Of a stretch of DNA of 64,000 bases, positions 1 to 10,466 are shown in pieces. The DNA is from Alphaproteobacteria bacterium. GTDB lineage: Bacteria > Pseudomonadota > Alphaproteobacteria > UBA6615. The notes beneath the pieces are model-generated. The model did not search any database and was not told the DNA's origin. It was given only the letters and a program-made list of their open reading frames with translations. How positions within the stretch are numbered: position 1 is the stretch's first letter; every line of letters starts with the position of its first letter. The stretch spans positions 1-64,000 of the forward strand of contig CBDHEC010000024.1 of NCBI GenBank assembly GCA_965261975.1, written 5' to 3'. The position numbers and the translations under genes are program-made.

Positions 1-185
1 CCGGATACGACTGCATTTTTCGCGAGCGCCGCCAGCGGCGAAGACATGAGCCGCGCCGCGACGCCGGTTGCAGCGGCAGCGCCCAGGCCCGCAGCCAGCG
101 CATCACGTGCGTCGCGCGCCGCAGCCCGCACGTCGGACTTGCGTGCTTCGATATCATCCGTCGAATTGCTGATCGCAGGAGTCAT
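1..185 (-). CDS. ygfA: 5-formyltetrahydrofolate cyclo-ligase, N-terminal part (runs off the window edge)
   Basis: Own translation from ATG 185: MTPAISNSTDDIEARKSDVRAAARDARDALAA...KNAVVSG. The K-x-x-(L/V)-R start helix fits, and it lies directly downstream of 6S RNA as in the conserved zapA-ssrS-ygfA order. Confidence 0.75.
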   Translation of the reverse strand, partial: MTPAISNSTDDIEARKSDVRAAARDARDALAAGLGAAAATGVAARLMSSPLAALAKNAVVS

Positions 186-213
186 TCAGGAGGCCAGGGT
201 GCGGGATGAAAGT

Positions 214-372
214 GGACGGCGCCAAGTGAGGGTCGACGAACGGGAAGTCCACCGAGACCTGCTAAAAGCAGGTGGGCGCCGTGAATGCCGAAACCTCGAT
301 CCCGACAGGGACAGCTCCCTAGTGGATTAGTAAGGTCTCCAGGACTAGTTGCCGCCTGACGCGGCGCCCAGC
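214..372 (-). ncRNA. ssrS: 6S RNA
   Basis: The minus strand has the alphaproteobacterial 6S core GGGAGCTGTCCCTG...CACGGCGCCCACCTGC, with GGCGCC terminal arms able to pair. It lies between zapA and ygfA. Ends are approximate. Confidence 0.85.
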
Positions 373-451
373 AGACCGTCCGGTTATGAAGGTAGGCTTG
401 CACCGCCCGGTCGCCTGCAACCACGGCGTCGATCAAAGCTGCGGCATGTCG

Positions 452-805
452 TCAGTCTTCGGTCGAGAACACCGGCAAGCTGTTCGATCCGGGCTCGGCC
501 AGCGCATCGATCTGTCGCGGCGCCAGCTTGTCCTCGGTCGTTGTCAATGGCGGACTTTGCGTGTCACGCGCAGCCTCGATTGCGCACATCCTCGAGCTCT
601 TCGCGCAAATCGGACAATTCGTCGGTGACCAGCAGGCCGGCCATCACCATCAGACTGGTATCGCCGATCTGGCCGACTTCGCTCGACGAGCTCACTCAAC
701 CTTGCCATCAAGATACCGGGCCAGGCTCGAAAGATGAGCTTCCTGGCCATCTTCGCAGGCAATGCGATAGTCACGTCCGTTGATCTTGATCTCGACCTGG
801 GCCAA
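452..805 (-). CDS. zapA: Cell division protein ZapA (frameshifted in this sequence)
   Basis: LAQVEIKINGRDYRIACEDGQEAHL... from TTG 805; continues in other frames as VGQIGD..LMVMAGLLVTDELSDL, with several 1-nt indels. Confidence 0.8.
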
Positions 806-818
806 AGATGCGTCCCCG

Positions 819-1086
819 TTATTCCGTCGAGCATGTTTCGCAAACGACCCGATCGCATCGTCAAGGCGGCTCGAGGACACGGTGCCCGAGGTTTCCCGAA
901 GGGTTGCACATAGTCTGCGCGTATTTCAGCTTGTCGAGTTCGGCCTGCAATTCGCGCATTCTGTTCGGAGGCGACCCCTGCAGATTGTCCGGCTTGCTGC
1001 ACGCCGTTCCGTCTTGACCGCAGCTTTCTCGAGCGTGCGTCAGTCGCCGCATCCAGGCGATCGTTGGCTTCGTTCAGTTTCGACAT
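819..1086 (-). CDS. Small coiled-coil protein upstream of zapA (ZauP/DUF4164-like), frameshifted
   Basis: MSKLNEANDRLDAA...ELQAELDKLK...RLDDAIG..LRNMLD pieced together across frames; conserved position between tkt and zapA. Confidence 0.6.
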
Positions 1087-1306
1087 GGCTCAACTGTCTC
1101 CGATTGCGCGCATCGTACGCATGGCGCGAGTCGCACGGTCAACCGAAGGCGGGGTCATCGAAAGCCCCTGTGAAACATGCGGTGGAAAACCCCCCGAAGT
1201 AGGCGTTGACGGCCCGCGGGGGGACCGGCATGTTGCCGCCGCGTGATCCCGCTCGGCATTTGCCGCCATCCCCACCATTCGCCGTGTCCGAAGGCGCCGG
1301 AAAATT

Positions 1307-3334
1307 ATGAACAACACAACACCCCAAGCCGCCACCAGTGCCCACGCGCAAATGGCCAACGCAATCCGGGCCCTGTCGATGGACGCGGTGCAAGCCGCCA
1401 ATTCCGGCCACCCCGGCGCCCCGATGGGCATGGCCGACATGGCGACCGTGCTCTACTCGCGCCACCTCAAGTTCGATGCGTCAAATCCCGACTGGCCGGA
1501 TCGCGATCGCTTCGTCCTGTCGAACGGCCACGCGTCGATGCTGCTCTATTCGCTGCTGTACCTCACCGGGTCGCCGGACATGACGATCGACGAGCTCAAG
1601 AACTTCCGGCAACTCGGCAGCCGCACGGCGGGCCATCCCGAATTCGGCCATGCGGCCGGCGTGGAAACCACCACCGGCCCGCTGGGTCAGGGCATCGCCA
1701 ATGCCGTCGGCATGGCGCTCGCCGAGCGCATGATGAATGCCCGCTATCGGGCGACGACCTCGTGGATCGATCACCATACATATGTCTTCGCCGGCGACGG
1801 CTGCCTGATGGAAGGCATCAGCCACGAGGCCATTTCCATGGCCGGCCATCTCAAGCTGTCGCGCCTGATCGTTCTGTTCGACGACAACGACATTTCGATC
1901 GACGGCGGCACCGATCTTTCCGTCTCCGATGATCAGCTGGCCCGGTTCGCCGCGTGCGGCTGGGACGTCGCGCGCTGTCGACGGGCACAACCCCGATGAA
2001 ATCGACGCCGCATCTTACCGCGGCGAAGGCCGCCGACAAGCCGTCCCTGATCGCCTGCCGCACGACCATTGGCTACGGCTCGCCGAACAAGCAGGGCACC
2101 GCCGCGACCCATGGCGCGCCGCTGGGTGACGACGAGATCGCCGCCACCCGCGAACAGCTCGGCTGGAACCACCCGCCGTTTGAAATTCCCGATGATGTGC
2201 TCGCCGCCTGGCGCGCGGCAGGCGCACGCGGCCAGGCTGAACGCACTGCCTGGACCGAACGCCATGACGCGTTGGCGGCGGACCATCGTGCGCGGCGTTT
2301 GACGACGCCATCGCTCGGGCACACTGCCCGACAATTTCACGGACGCCGTCAACGCCTACAAGAAGCAACTCTCGGCAGATGCGCCGAAATGGGCCACGCG
2401 CAAATCGAGCCAGGAAGCGCTCGAGGTCATCACACCGCTGGTCGATACCATGATCGGCGGCTCGGCCGACCTGACCGGCTCCAACAACACCAAGACCGCC
2501 TGCATGGACCCGGTCCAGGCCGATGCCTTTGACGGACGCTATATCTATCTACGGCGTGCGCGAGCATGGCATGGCCGCGGCCATGAACGGCATGGCGCTG
2601 CACGGCGGCTTCATTCCCTATTCCGGCACCTTCCTGACCTTCACCGACTACTGCCGTCCCTCGATCCGCCTGTCGGCGCTGATGGGATTAAGAGTGATCT
2701 ATGTCATGACCCATGATTCCATCGGATCTGGGCGAAGACGGCCCGACCCATCAGCCGGTCGAGCACATCTGTTGCCAAGCCTGCGCGCGATGCCCAACCT
2801 CAACGTCTTCCGTCCGGCCGATGCGGTCGAAACCGCAGAATGCCTGGGCGCTGGCGCTGCAGAGCACGAATACGCCGTCCGTCCTCTGGCGCTCACCCGC
2901 CAGGGCTTGCCGACGGTGCGCACCGAGCACACGGACGAGAACATGTGCGCGCGCGGCGGCTATGTTCTCGCCCCCGCCGAAGGAGACCGCGCGGCGACCA
3001 TCCTGGCGAGCGGCTCGGAAGTCGAGATCGCACTGGCCGCCCGCGACGCGTTGCAGGCCGACGGCATTCCGACCGCGCCGTCGTATCGATGCCCTGCTGG
3101 GAATTGTTCGACGCACAGGACGAAGCCTATCGGGCGAGAAACGCTGGGCGATGGCGTCCGGGTCGCGGTCGAGGCCGGGGTGACCTTCGGTTGGTCGCGT
3201 TACGGCGTGCCCGAGACCGATGTGGTGGGCATGTCCAGGGCTTCGGCGCATCCGCCCCTGCATCAGAGTTGTACGAACATTTCGGAATCACTGCGGAAGC
3301 CGTCGCTGACCGCGTAAAGGGCGCGATGTCCTGA
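1307..3334 (+). CDS. tkt: Transketolase (multiple frameshifts, probably sequence errors)
   Basis: Motifs [63 protein letters not shown] and GFGASAPA are spread over at least five ORF-track frames. Confidence 0.9.
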
Positions 3335-3395
3335 CCTTCGTCGGACACGCAGCTGGCAACAAAGACAAACCAAATTTGGAAATGAGGAGAGAGTG

Positions 3396-4421
3396 ATGGC
3401 GGTTCGGGTAGCAATCAACGGGTTCGGGCGGATTGGACGCCTGGTGATGCGGGCGGCATATGAATCGGGCCGCAAGGACATCACCTTCGTAGCGATCAAT
3501 GATCTGGGTTCGGTCGATGCGAACGCGCATCTGCTGCAGTATGATTCGATCCACGGTCGTTTCCCCGGCACCGTGAAGGCCGGCAAGTCGTCGATCAATC
3601 TCGGCGCCAAGTCCACGATCGGCCGCTCGGTCAAGGTATTCGCCGAACGCAACCCCGCCGACCTGCCCTGGGGCGACCTGGGCATCGACGTGGTGCTCGA
3701 ATGCACGGGCATCTTCACCTCCAAGGAATCCGCCGGCGCCCATATCGAGGCCGGCGCGAAGAAGGTGCTGATCTCGGCTCCGGCGTCGAATGCCGACCTG
3801 ACGATCGTCCAGGGCGTCAACGACAAGAAACTGCGCAAGTCACACACGGTCGTGTCCAACGCGTCATGCACGACCAACTGCCTGTCGCCCGTCGCGGCCG
3901 TGCTCAACACGACCGTCGGCATCAAGCATGGCTTCATGACCACCGTGCATGCCTACACCGGCGACCAGCCGGTACAGGACACCCTGCACAAGGACCTGCA
4001 CCGCGCCCGCGCGGCGGCCATGTCGATCATCCCGACCTCCACCGGCGCCGCCCGCGCAGTCGGCTTGGTCCTGCCGGAACTGGCCGGCAAGCTCGACGGC
4101 ACCGCGGTTCGCGTGCCGACAGCCAACGTCTCCATGGTCGACCTGGTGATCGAGGCCAAGAAAGCCACCACCGTCGAGGCGGTGAACGCGGCCATGATCA
4201 AGGCGGCCGAGAAAGGCCCGATGAAGGGCATCCTTACCGTCAACAGCGCGCCGCTCGTTTCGTCGGATTTCAACCACGACCCGGCGAGCTCGGTGTTCGA
4301 TCTGACCCAGACCCAGGTCACCGACGGCCGGATGGTCAGAATCCTGAGCTGGTATGACAATGAGTGGGGCTTCTCGAACCGCATGAGCGACACGGCCGTG
4401 CAGATGGGTCGCCTCGTCTAA
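3396..4421 (+). CDS. gap: Glyceraldehyde-3-phosphate dehydrogenase
   Basis: [21 protein letters not shown] and WYDNEWGFS motifs; GAGGAG RBS. Confidence 0.97.
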   Translation: MAVRVAINGFGRIGRLVMRAAYESGRKDITFVAINDLGSVDANAHLLQYDSIHGRFPGTVKAGKSSINLGAKSTIGRSVKVFAERNPADLPWGDLGIDVVLECTGIFTSKESAGAHIEAGAKKVLISAPASNADLTIVQGVNDKKLRKSHTVVSNASCTTNCLSPVAAVLNTTVGIKHGFMTTVHAYTGDQPVQDTLHKDLHRARAAAMSIIPTSTGAARAVGLVLPELAGKLDGTAVRVPTANVSMVDLVIEAKKATTVEAVNAAMIKAAEKGPMKGILTVNSAPLVSSDFNHDPASSVFDLTQTQVTDGRMVRILSWYDNEWGFSNRMSDTAVQMGRLV

Positions 4422-4488
4422 CCATCTGATGTTTCAAACTAACCCCCCGCCACCATCGTCGGCGGACGGGTCCCAAGGGTATCCAAAG

Positions 4489-4529
4489 AACCCACATGTT
4501 CCAGATCGGAACATGTGGGTTTCTTTTTT
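4489..4529 (+). terminator. Intrinsic terminator of tkt-gap
   Basis: AACCCACATGTTCC-agatc-GGAACATGTGGGTT perfect stem followed by TCTTTTTT. Confidence 0.85.
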
Positions 4530-4569
4530 CCCCCATTTAATCCTGCTCTGGCGCGCACTACATAGAAGA

Positions 4570-4661
4570 TATGCCGGTGAACAGCCGACACGACATTCAG
4601 ATCGGTTCCTCCCTGAAACGATCCTTACCTTGGCCCGGGCGCTGCCCGGGCCATTCTTTTT
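4570..4661 (+). ncRNA. Candidate sRNA with CCUCCCU loop (alpha-r8/SuhB-like motif)
   Basis: Hairpin GATCG-gttcctccctgaaa-CGATC, then its own + strand terminator (TGGCCCGGGC-gct-GCCCGGGCCA-TTCTTTTT) located after the gap terminator. Confidence 0.5.
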
Positions 4662-4679
4662 CTTGAGTGCGGCAGCGCC

Positions 4680-5591
4680 TTATTCGGCGGCCGTGCCGAG
4701 CGGGCGCTCCTTGAAATGCCCCGCCAGGAAATCGACGAACGCGCGCACCTTGGCCGAGAGATGGCGGCCCGGCGGATAGATGACATGCACAGACGGTTCC
4801 GGCTGGGCATATTCATCGAGGACTTCAACCAAGCGTCCCGCTTCCAGGTCCGGCCCCACCATCCAGGTCGGCAAGTTGACCACGCCCAGCCCTTCGACAG
4901 CGGCCTCAAGCAGCGCTTCGCCATTATTCGATACGAGGTTTCCCGTCGCCTGGATTACATGTTCCTTGCCCTTGGGGTCGGTCATCCGCCAGGTGTTCCC
5001 GCTCGACAGATAGGAATAGGCAAGACAGTTGTGGGCGCGCAGATCTTCCGGCTTCTTCGGCGTTCCGTTTTTCTCCCAGTAACCGGGGGTCGCGGCGACC
5101 ACGCGGCGCGCCTCCGCCAGCTTCCGCGCAATCAGGCTCGAATCCTTGAGTTCGCCGACGCGGATGAGCATGTCCGCCCCCTCCGCAATCGGGTCGACGA
5201 ACTGATCGGACATCGACAACTCCATCGACACAAAGGGGTGACGTTCGAGAAACTCGCCGAGGATCGGGACGATATGCCGGCGGCCGAACACCACGGGCAT
5301 ATTCACGCGCAATGCCCCGCGCGGCTCCGTGTTCAATTCCGTAACGGCCGCCTCGGCCTCCTGGATATCGGCCAGGATCTGCTGGCATCGCTCATAGTAG
5401 GCGCGGCCCTCTTCCGTCGGCGCCAACTGGCGGGTGGTCCGATTGAACAATCGGGCCCCGAGCCTGTCTTCCAGCCGGGAAATCTGCTTACTCACGGCAG
5501 ACGGGGTCAGATTCATCGACCGCGCCGTCGCCGAGAAGCTGCCGGATTCGACAGCTTTCACGAAAAGCTCCATCGACGTCAGCGTATCCAT
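4680..5591 (-). CDS. LysR family transcriptional regulator (CrgA/DmlR-like)
   Basis: N-terminal HTH GSFSATARSMNLTPSAVSKQISRLEDRLGARLFNRTTR; C-terminal SAKVRAFVDFL. Confidence 0.93.
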   Translation of the reverse strand: MDTLTSMELFVKAVESGSFSATARSMNLTPSAVSKQISRLEDRLGARLFNRTTRQLAPTEEGRAYYERCQQILADIQEAEAAVTELNTEPRGALRVNMPVVFGRRHIVPILGEFLERHPFVSMELSMSDQFVDPIAEGADMLIRVGELKDSSLIARKLAEARRVVAATPGYWEKNGTPKKPEDLRAHNCLAYSYLSSGNTWRMTDPKGKEHVIQATGNLVSNNGEALLEAAVEGLGVVNLPTWMVGPDLEAGRLVEVLDEYAQPEPSVHVIYPPGRHLSAKVRAFVDFLAGHFKERPLGTAAE

Positions 5592-5736
5592 TCAAATCAC
5601 CTATATGTTCCAGTGTGGCACAATTGTTGTAATTGCATTCGGCGTCCACGACAATGCGTCACATCGAATTGAACGACAATAAATATGCGCAATTTCACTA
5701 GGCGCGCGCACCCCATTCCACGGAGATCGTCGGCGG

Positions 5737-6201
5737 ATGACCGAAGTCAATCCTATGAACAGCACGGCCAGGATTGTCGTCCACGAAATCAGCCACGCAT
5801 TGGCTGCGTTGACCGCTGCGCGGGCGCAGAATCGCTCTCTCCTTATCCTTAGCGCGCCCGGTGCTGTGCGGGCCGCCGGCGCGGGGTGGTGGCGCGAACT
5901 GGTCACGCAGGCCTGCGACAGCATCCCGGATCAAAGCGCCGAATGGGTCCTCGATTGCGGCGATGAAGCCGGCATGGCGCTTGCTGCGCTGCGCGAAGGC
6001 GTTGGCACAATTGCACTGGACGCGGACGAACCGACCTGGTCTCGGGTGGCACAAATCGCGGCCCGTTGTGATGCCAGCCTTCTAAGAGTTAGTCGCAGGG
6101 GCGCACTGGATCTTGCGGACTCAAACAATCCACAGCGCGATTGCAATCTCTACCTTTCCAAGGGCCCGGATAGCGTTGCAAAACCGGGCGTCCTCGGCTA
6201 A
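5737..6201 (+). CDS. Conserved hypothetical protein upstream of fbaB
   Basis: 154-aa ORF with beta/alpha-like motifs IVVHE..HA..AL, LSAPGA, LDCGDEAG.AL.ALREG. Confidence 0.6.
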   Translation: MTEVNPMNSTARIVVHEISHALAALTAARAQNRSLLILSAPGAVRAAGAGWWRELVTQACDSIPDQSAEWVLDCGDEAGMALAALREGVGTIALDADEPTWSRVAQIAARCDASLLRVSRRGALDLADSNNPQRDCNLYLSKGPDSVAKPGVLG

Positions 6202-6279
6202 TTCACTGGTGTTCAAAGTCCTGCCCGTGACTTGGCTGCGCGGCGTGATGGACCGGCTTCGACAACGGGAAATATCGAC

Positions 6280-7200
6280 ATGAAAGTCACGCAGCGCGTC
6301 CGGAAAATTCTCTCCTGGTATGAAAGCGACAACCCCGGCACGAAAACCAACCTTGCCCGCATTCTGATGACCGGCAAACTTGCCGGTACCGGCAAGATGG
6401 TGATCCTGCCGGTGGATCAGGGCTGGGAACATGGCCCCGCCCGCAGCTTCGCACCCAACCCGCCCGCCTACGATCCGCACTATTTTCCGCAGCTCGCGAT
6501 CGACGCCGGCCTCAACGCCTACGCCGCGCCGCTCGGACAGCTCGAAGCGGCGGCCGACAGCTTCGCCGGTTCCGTGCCCCTGATCCTCAAGATCAACTCG
6601 TCGAACTCGCACGCCACCACCAAGGACCAGGCCATCACCGCCTCGGTCGGCGACGCCCTGCGCCTCGGTTGCGCAGCGGTCGGCTTCACGATCTATCCGG
6701 GCTCGGACGACGCCTTCGAGATGATCGAGGAAATCCGCGAGATCACGGAAGAGGCCAAGGCTTTCGGCCTGGCCACGGTGATCTGGTCCTATCCGCGCGG
6801 TGGTGCGCTGTCCAAGGAAGGCGAAACCGCGATCGACGTCACTGCCTATGCGGCCCACATGGCCGCACAGCTGGGCGCGAACATCATCAAGGTCAAACCG
6901 CCGACCGACTCCATCGAAAGCCCGGATGCGCAGAAGGTCTACGATGCCGAGAAGATCGACATCTCAAGCCTGAGCTCGCGGATCGCCCATGTCATGGAGA
7001 GCTCCTTCGGCGGCCGGCGCCTCGTCGTCTTTTCCGGCGGCGCGGCCAAGGGAACCGATGCCGTGTATGAGGAAATCCGGCAGCTCCGCGATGGCGGTGC
7101 GAACGGCTCGATCATCGGTCGCAACAGCTTCCAGCGATCCCGCGAGGACGCACTCGAACTGCTCGCCAACGTCATCAAGATTTATCAGGGCAAGTTCTGA
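6280..7200 (+). CDS. fbaB: Class I fructose-bisphosphate aldolase (DhnA/FbaB family)
   Basis: ILPVDQG.EHGP, TIYPGS, WSYPRG, Schiff-base NIIKVK and [11 protein letters not shown] motifs. Confidence 0.93.
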   Translation: MKVTQRVRKILSWYESDNPGTKTNLARILMTGKLAGTGKMVILPVDQGWEHGPARSFAPNPPAYDPHYFPQLAIDAGLNAYAAPLGQLEAAADSFAGSVPLILKINSSNSHATTKDQAITASVGDALRLGCAAVGFTIYPGSDDAFEMIEEIREITEEAKAFGLATVIWSYPRGGALSKEGETAIDVTAYAAHMAAQLGANIIKVKPPTDSIESPDAQKVYDAEKIDISSLSSRIAHVMESSFGGRRLVVFSGGAAKGTDAVYEEIRQLRDGGANGSIIGRNSFQRSREDALELLANVIKIYQGKF

Positions 7201-7874
7201 GCACCACCGACACAGTCGGGTCCGGCGACGACCAGAATTGCCGCCTCTACCTGATCAGCCCCCCCGACCTTTCGGCTGAAAAGTTGACGGCGTTTGCCGC
7301 CGCACTGGACGCCGCGCTCGCGGCTGGCGATGTCGCGTGTCTGCAACTCCGCCTCAAGGGCCCCGACGAAGAACCCGTTCCGGACGATGAAATTCGCCGC
7401 GCGATCGAAGTCTTGCTGCCAATCACGCACAAACATGATGTCGCCTTTATCCTGAACGACCGGCCCGACCTCGCCGCCGAACTCGGGTGCGACGGGGTGC
7501 ATGTCGGCCAGGAAGATGCCTCCTATGCGCAGGCAAGGCGACTGCTGGGAGAAGACGCCATCGTGGGCGTGACCTGTCACGACTCACGCCATCTCGCGCT
7601 CGAGGCCGCCGAGGCCGGCGCAGATTATGTCGCGTTCGGTGCATTCTTCGACACCGGCACCAAGTCTCCCAAGAGCCGTGCTGGCAGGGACATCCTCACC
7701 TGGTGGTCGGACGTCACGGAAGTGCCCTGCGTCGCCATCGGTGGCATCACCGCCGACAATTGCGGCCCTCTGATCGAGGCCGGCGCGGATTTCCTTGCGG
7801 TGTCCGCCGGGGTGTGGATGCACCCTGATGGGCCCGGTGCCGCCGTCCGGGAATTCAACGCGGCCTGCCAGTAG
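7197..7874 (+). CDS. thiE: Thiamine-phosphate synthase (start probably CTG 7197; ORF track starts at 7284)
   Basis: RLYLISPP (upstream of 7284, same frame), [31 protein letters not shown] and VAIGGIT motifs. Confidence 0.92.
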   Translation: MSTTDTVGSGDDQNCRLYLISPPDLSAEKLTAFAAALDAALAAGDVACLQLRLKGPDEEPVPDDEIRRAIEVLLPITHKHDVAFILNDRPDLAAELGCDGVHVGQEDASYAQARRLLGEDAIVGVTCHDSRHLALEAAEAGADYVAFGAFFDTGTKSPKSRAGRDILTWWSDVTEVPCVAIGGITADNCGPLIEAGADFLAVSAGVWMHPDGPGAAVREFNAACQ

Positions 7875-7980
7875 CCCCGCCGGTCGGGCTGGAAAAGGTT
7901 GCGCGCACCTGCTAGAGAACCGCGCCGCACACCCGATTTGCGGGTGTAACGCAACCGGCTCAACTCCATAGGCGAAGACC

Positions 7981-8550
7981 ATGAAGATCGATGGTAACGA
8001 AATTCGACCCGGCAACGTGATCGAGCATCAAAACCGGCTCTGGCGCGCGGTGAAGACCCAGCACGTAAAACCGGGCAAGGGCGGCGCATTCCTGCAGGTC
8101 GAACTGAAGGATATTCGCGACGGCACCAAGCTCAACGAGCGCTTCCGCTCCGCGGAAACCGTCGAGCGCGTCCGGCTGGACCAGAAGGAGTATCAGTTCC
8201 TGTTCAGCGACGGCACGTCCCACACCTTCATGGACCAGGAAAACTATGAACAGGTGACGCTCGACGAGAACATCATCGAGCCCGATCAGTCACGCTTCCT
8301 GCAGGATGGCATGATTGTGCAAATCGAATCCTATGAAGAAGAGCCGATCGGCGTCGCGCTCCCCGAGCGCGTGACCCTGGCAATTGTCGAGGCCGATCCG
8401 GTGGTGAAGGGGCAGACGGCCACGTCGTCCTACAAGCCCGCAACCCTGGAGAACGGGGTCCGGATTCAGGTGCCGCCGCATGTCGAGGCCGGCACCTCGG
8501 TCGTGGTCAACACCGCGGATGCAACCTATGTCGAGCGCGCCCGGAACTAG
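7981..8550 (+). CDS. efp: Elongation factor P
   Basis: [10 protein letters not shown] loop; [12 protein letters not shown]. Confidence 0.97.
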   Translation: MKIDGNEIRPGNVIEHQNRLWRAVKTQHVKPGKGGAFLQVELKDIRDGTKLNERFRSAETVERVRLDQKEYQFLFSDGTSHTFMDQENYEQVTLDENIIEPDQSRFLQDGMIVQIESYEEEPIGVALPERVTLAIVEADPVVKGQTATSSYKPATLENGVRIQVPPHVEAGTSVVVNTADATYVERARN

Positions 8551-8607
8551 CATGTCGGTGCAGATTTCCGCTCCGATCACCTTCACCCGCACCCAGCGCG
8601 GCTAGAT

Positions 8608-9426
8608 ATGCGACCAGCGATCATCAATGTCATGGACAAGGCCGCCCGACGCGCGGGGCGCGACTTGTCGCGCGACTTTGGCGAGGTCGAACAGCTTCAG
8701 GTATCGCGCAAGGGCGCCGCGGACTTCGTGACCGCCGCCGACCGCAAGGCCGAAGAAACGGTGCGCTACGAACTAACCAAGGCGCGCCCCGAGTTCGGGT
8801 TTATCGGCGAGGAAGGCGGCACCCAGGCCGAGGGAGACGGCGTCCATCGCTGGATCGTGGACCCGCTCGACGGGACGACGAACTTCCTGCATGGCTTGCC
8901 ACAATTCGCGGTTTCCATCGCGCTTGAGGAACGGGGCCAGATCGTCGCGGGTGTGGTCTACAATCCGCTGACGGACGAGTTGTTCTGGGCCGAGCGCGGT
9001 GCGGGTGCATACCTTAACGATACCCGCCTGCGGGTCTCGGCCCGCCAGCATATGTCGGAGAGCTTGATCGCCACCGGCATGCCGTTTCTGGGACATGGCG
9101 ACCACGAACGCTACCTGGAAACCCTGAAAGCGGTTATGGGCGAAGTGGCCGGTATCCGCCGGTATGGCTCCGCAGCACTCGATTTGGCCTACCTGGCGGC
9201 GGGTCGCTTTGACGGCTTTTGGGAATTCGATCTCAAAATCTGGGACATTGCCGCCGGCATCCTGATTGTCCGCGAGGCCGGTGGCTTTGTGAGCGACATC
9301 GCCGGGCGCGACAATGTGTTGAAGACCGGGGAAGTGGTCGCCGGAAACGACAAGATCCAGGAAAAGCTCCGCAAATGCCTGCGCGAAGCAGACCCAGGCC
9401 CGACAGCCAGCGCTGTCGCCAGTTAA
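8608..9426 (+). CDS. suhB: Inositol monophosphatase SuhB
   Basis: GEEG, WIVDPLDGTTNF, GSAALDL and WDIAAG motifs. Confidence 0.95.
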   Translation: MRPAIINVMDKAARRAGRDLSRDFGEVEQLQVSRKGAADFVTAADRKAEETVRYELTKARPEFGFIGEEGGTQAEGDGVHRWIVDPLDGTTNFLHGLPQFAVSIALEERGQIVAGVVYNPLTDELFWAERGAGAYLNDTRLRVSARQHMSESLIATGMPFLGHGDHERYLETLKAVMGEVAGIRRYGSAALDLAYLAAGRFDGFWEFDLKIWDIAAGILIVREAGGFVSDIAGRDNVLKTGEVVAGNDKIQEKLRKCLREADPGPTASAVAS

Positions 9427-9530
9427 ACGACTGATTCGTAAGCGGTTGTCGATTTCGCCAACGTTACGGTATGTTCGCACCCGCAATAGGGCCGATGTGG
9501 TCCATTCGGGGAAATAACGGGCTGGGCGAT

Positions 9531-10466
9531 ATGACACGGCAACATACAAGTACGGCAAGAAAAGCCATCCGCGGTGCGATGATCGCGTCGGTCGTGAGCG
9601 TCTCGGCTGGCCTGATCATGACGGCGCCAGCCGGTGCCCAGCAACGGTTCCTTGGCAGCACCAGCGGTGTGGTAATCGACCTCAGTGTCTTGGACGGCAA
9701 CGGTGGACGTCTCCCGTCCGGTTCCGGTAGCCAGTTTGCACCGAGTACCGGTGGCGGATTCGCACAGTTCCCACCGGCACAAAAGCCGGTTTCACGCCTC
9801 GAAGGCCCGCTCGTCAATCGAAGCCTGACGCTCACCCCACCAACCAGCCGCACATCGCTGCCCACACCCCGAGCCGCCTCTACTGCACCTGTTGCCGCAC
9901 CGGCGCCCGCCGCAGCCCCGAAACCGGCTGCCACGCCGAAACCCGCCGTCGTGGCCGCTGCGCCGGCGACCCCGCCGGCACCGAAGCCGACGCCGGAATC
10001 AACCGTAACGATGACGCCCGCGCCGCCAACACCAGCGACTCCCACGGTCACAACGCCGGCACCGCCGCCCGCGCCGACCACGACCGCCAAGGCTGAGACG
10101 CCGCCACCACCGCCCGCGCCGACGCAAACCGCATCCCGGCCCAGCACCACCGCCGGTGATGAGACCCGCATCCTTTTCGATGCCGGTTCCGCAGTCCTGG
10201 ACGATGCCGCGAAAGCCGGACTGGATGCACTCGCGACCCTGCTCAAGGGCGAAGCCGACATCCGTGTGCAGCTTCAGGCCTATGCAGCCGGCACGGACGA
10301 AACGGCACCGGACGCCCGGCGCCTGTCTCTGTCGCGCGCACTCAAGGTCCGCTCGCACCTGATCGATCAGGGCGTCCGCAGCACCCGCATGGACGTTCGC
10401 GCCTTCGGCGTTAAGGCCGAAGGTGGGCCGGCCGACAGGGTCGATGCCGTCATCGTTCGGCGTTAG
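9531..10466 (+). CDS. Exported protein with Pro/Thr-rich linker and C-terminal OmpA-like domain
   Basis: Signal peptide ending APAGA; PAAAPKP/TPAPP low-complexity linker; ILFDAGSA...RRLSLSRALKVRSHL...DRVD. Confidence 0.85.
   Translation: MTRQHTSTARKAIRGAMIASVVSVSAGLIMTAPAGAQQRFLGSTSGVVIDLSVLDGNGGRLPSGSGSQFAPSTGGGFAQFPPAQKPVSRLEGPLVNRSLTLTPPTSRTSLPTPRAASTAPVAAPAPAAAPKPAATPKPAVVAAAPATPPAPKPTPESTVTMTPAPPTPATPTVTTPAPPPAPTTTAKAETPPPPPAPTQTASRPSTTAGDETRILFDAGSAVLDDAAKAGLDALATLLKGEADIRVQLQAYAAGTDETAPDARRLSLSRALKVRSHLIDQGVRSTRMDVRAFGVKAEGGPADRVDAVIVRR

Noticed and set aside
1307-3334. tkt as a true pseudogene or programmed frameshift
   Set aside because: There are many indels, shared with neighbouring genes and limited to the window start, while motifs stay intact; sequence error is simpler.
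5617-5632. Sigma54 promoter TGGCAC-AATTG-TTGT (and a similar TGGC-N7-TTGT near 25266-25281)
   Set aside because: The invariant -12 GC is GT; in the first case a LysR operator is more likely.
9880-10150. DNA repeat array in the OmpA-domain gene
   Set aside because: Pro/Ala/Thr codon low complexity only, with no regular repeat-spacer structure.
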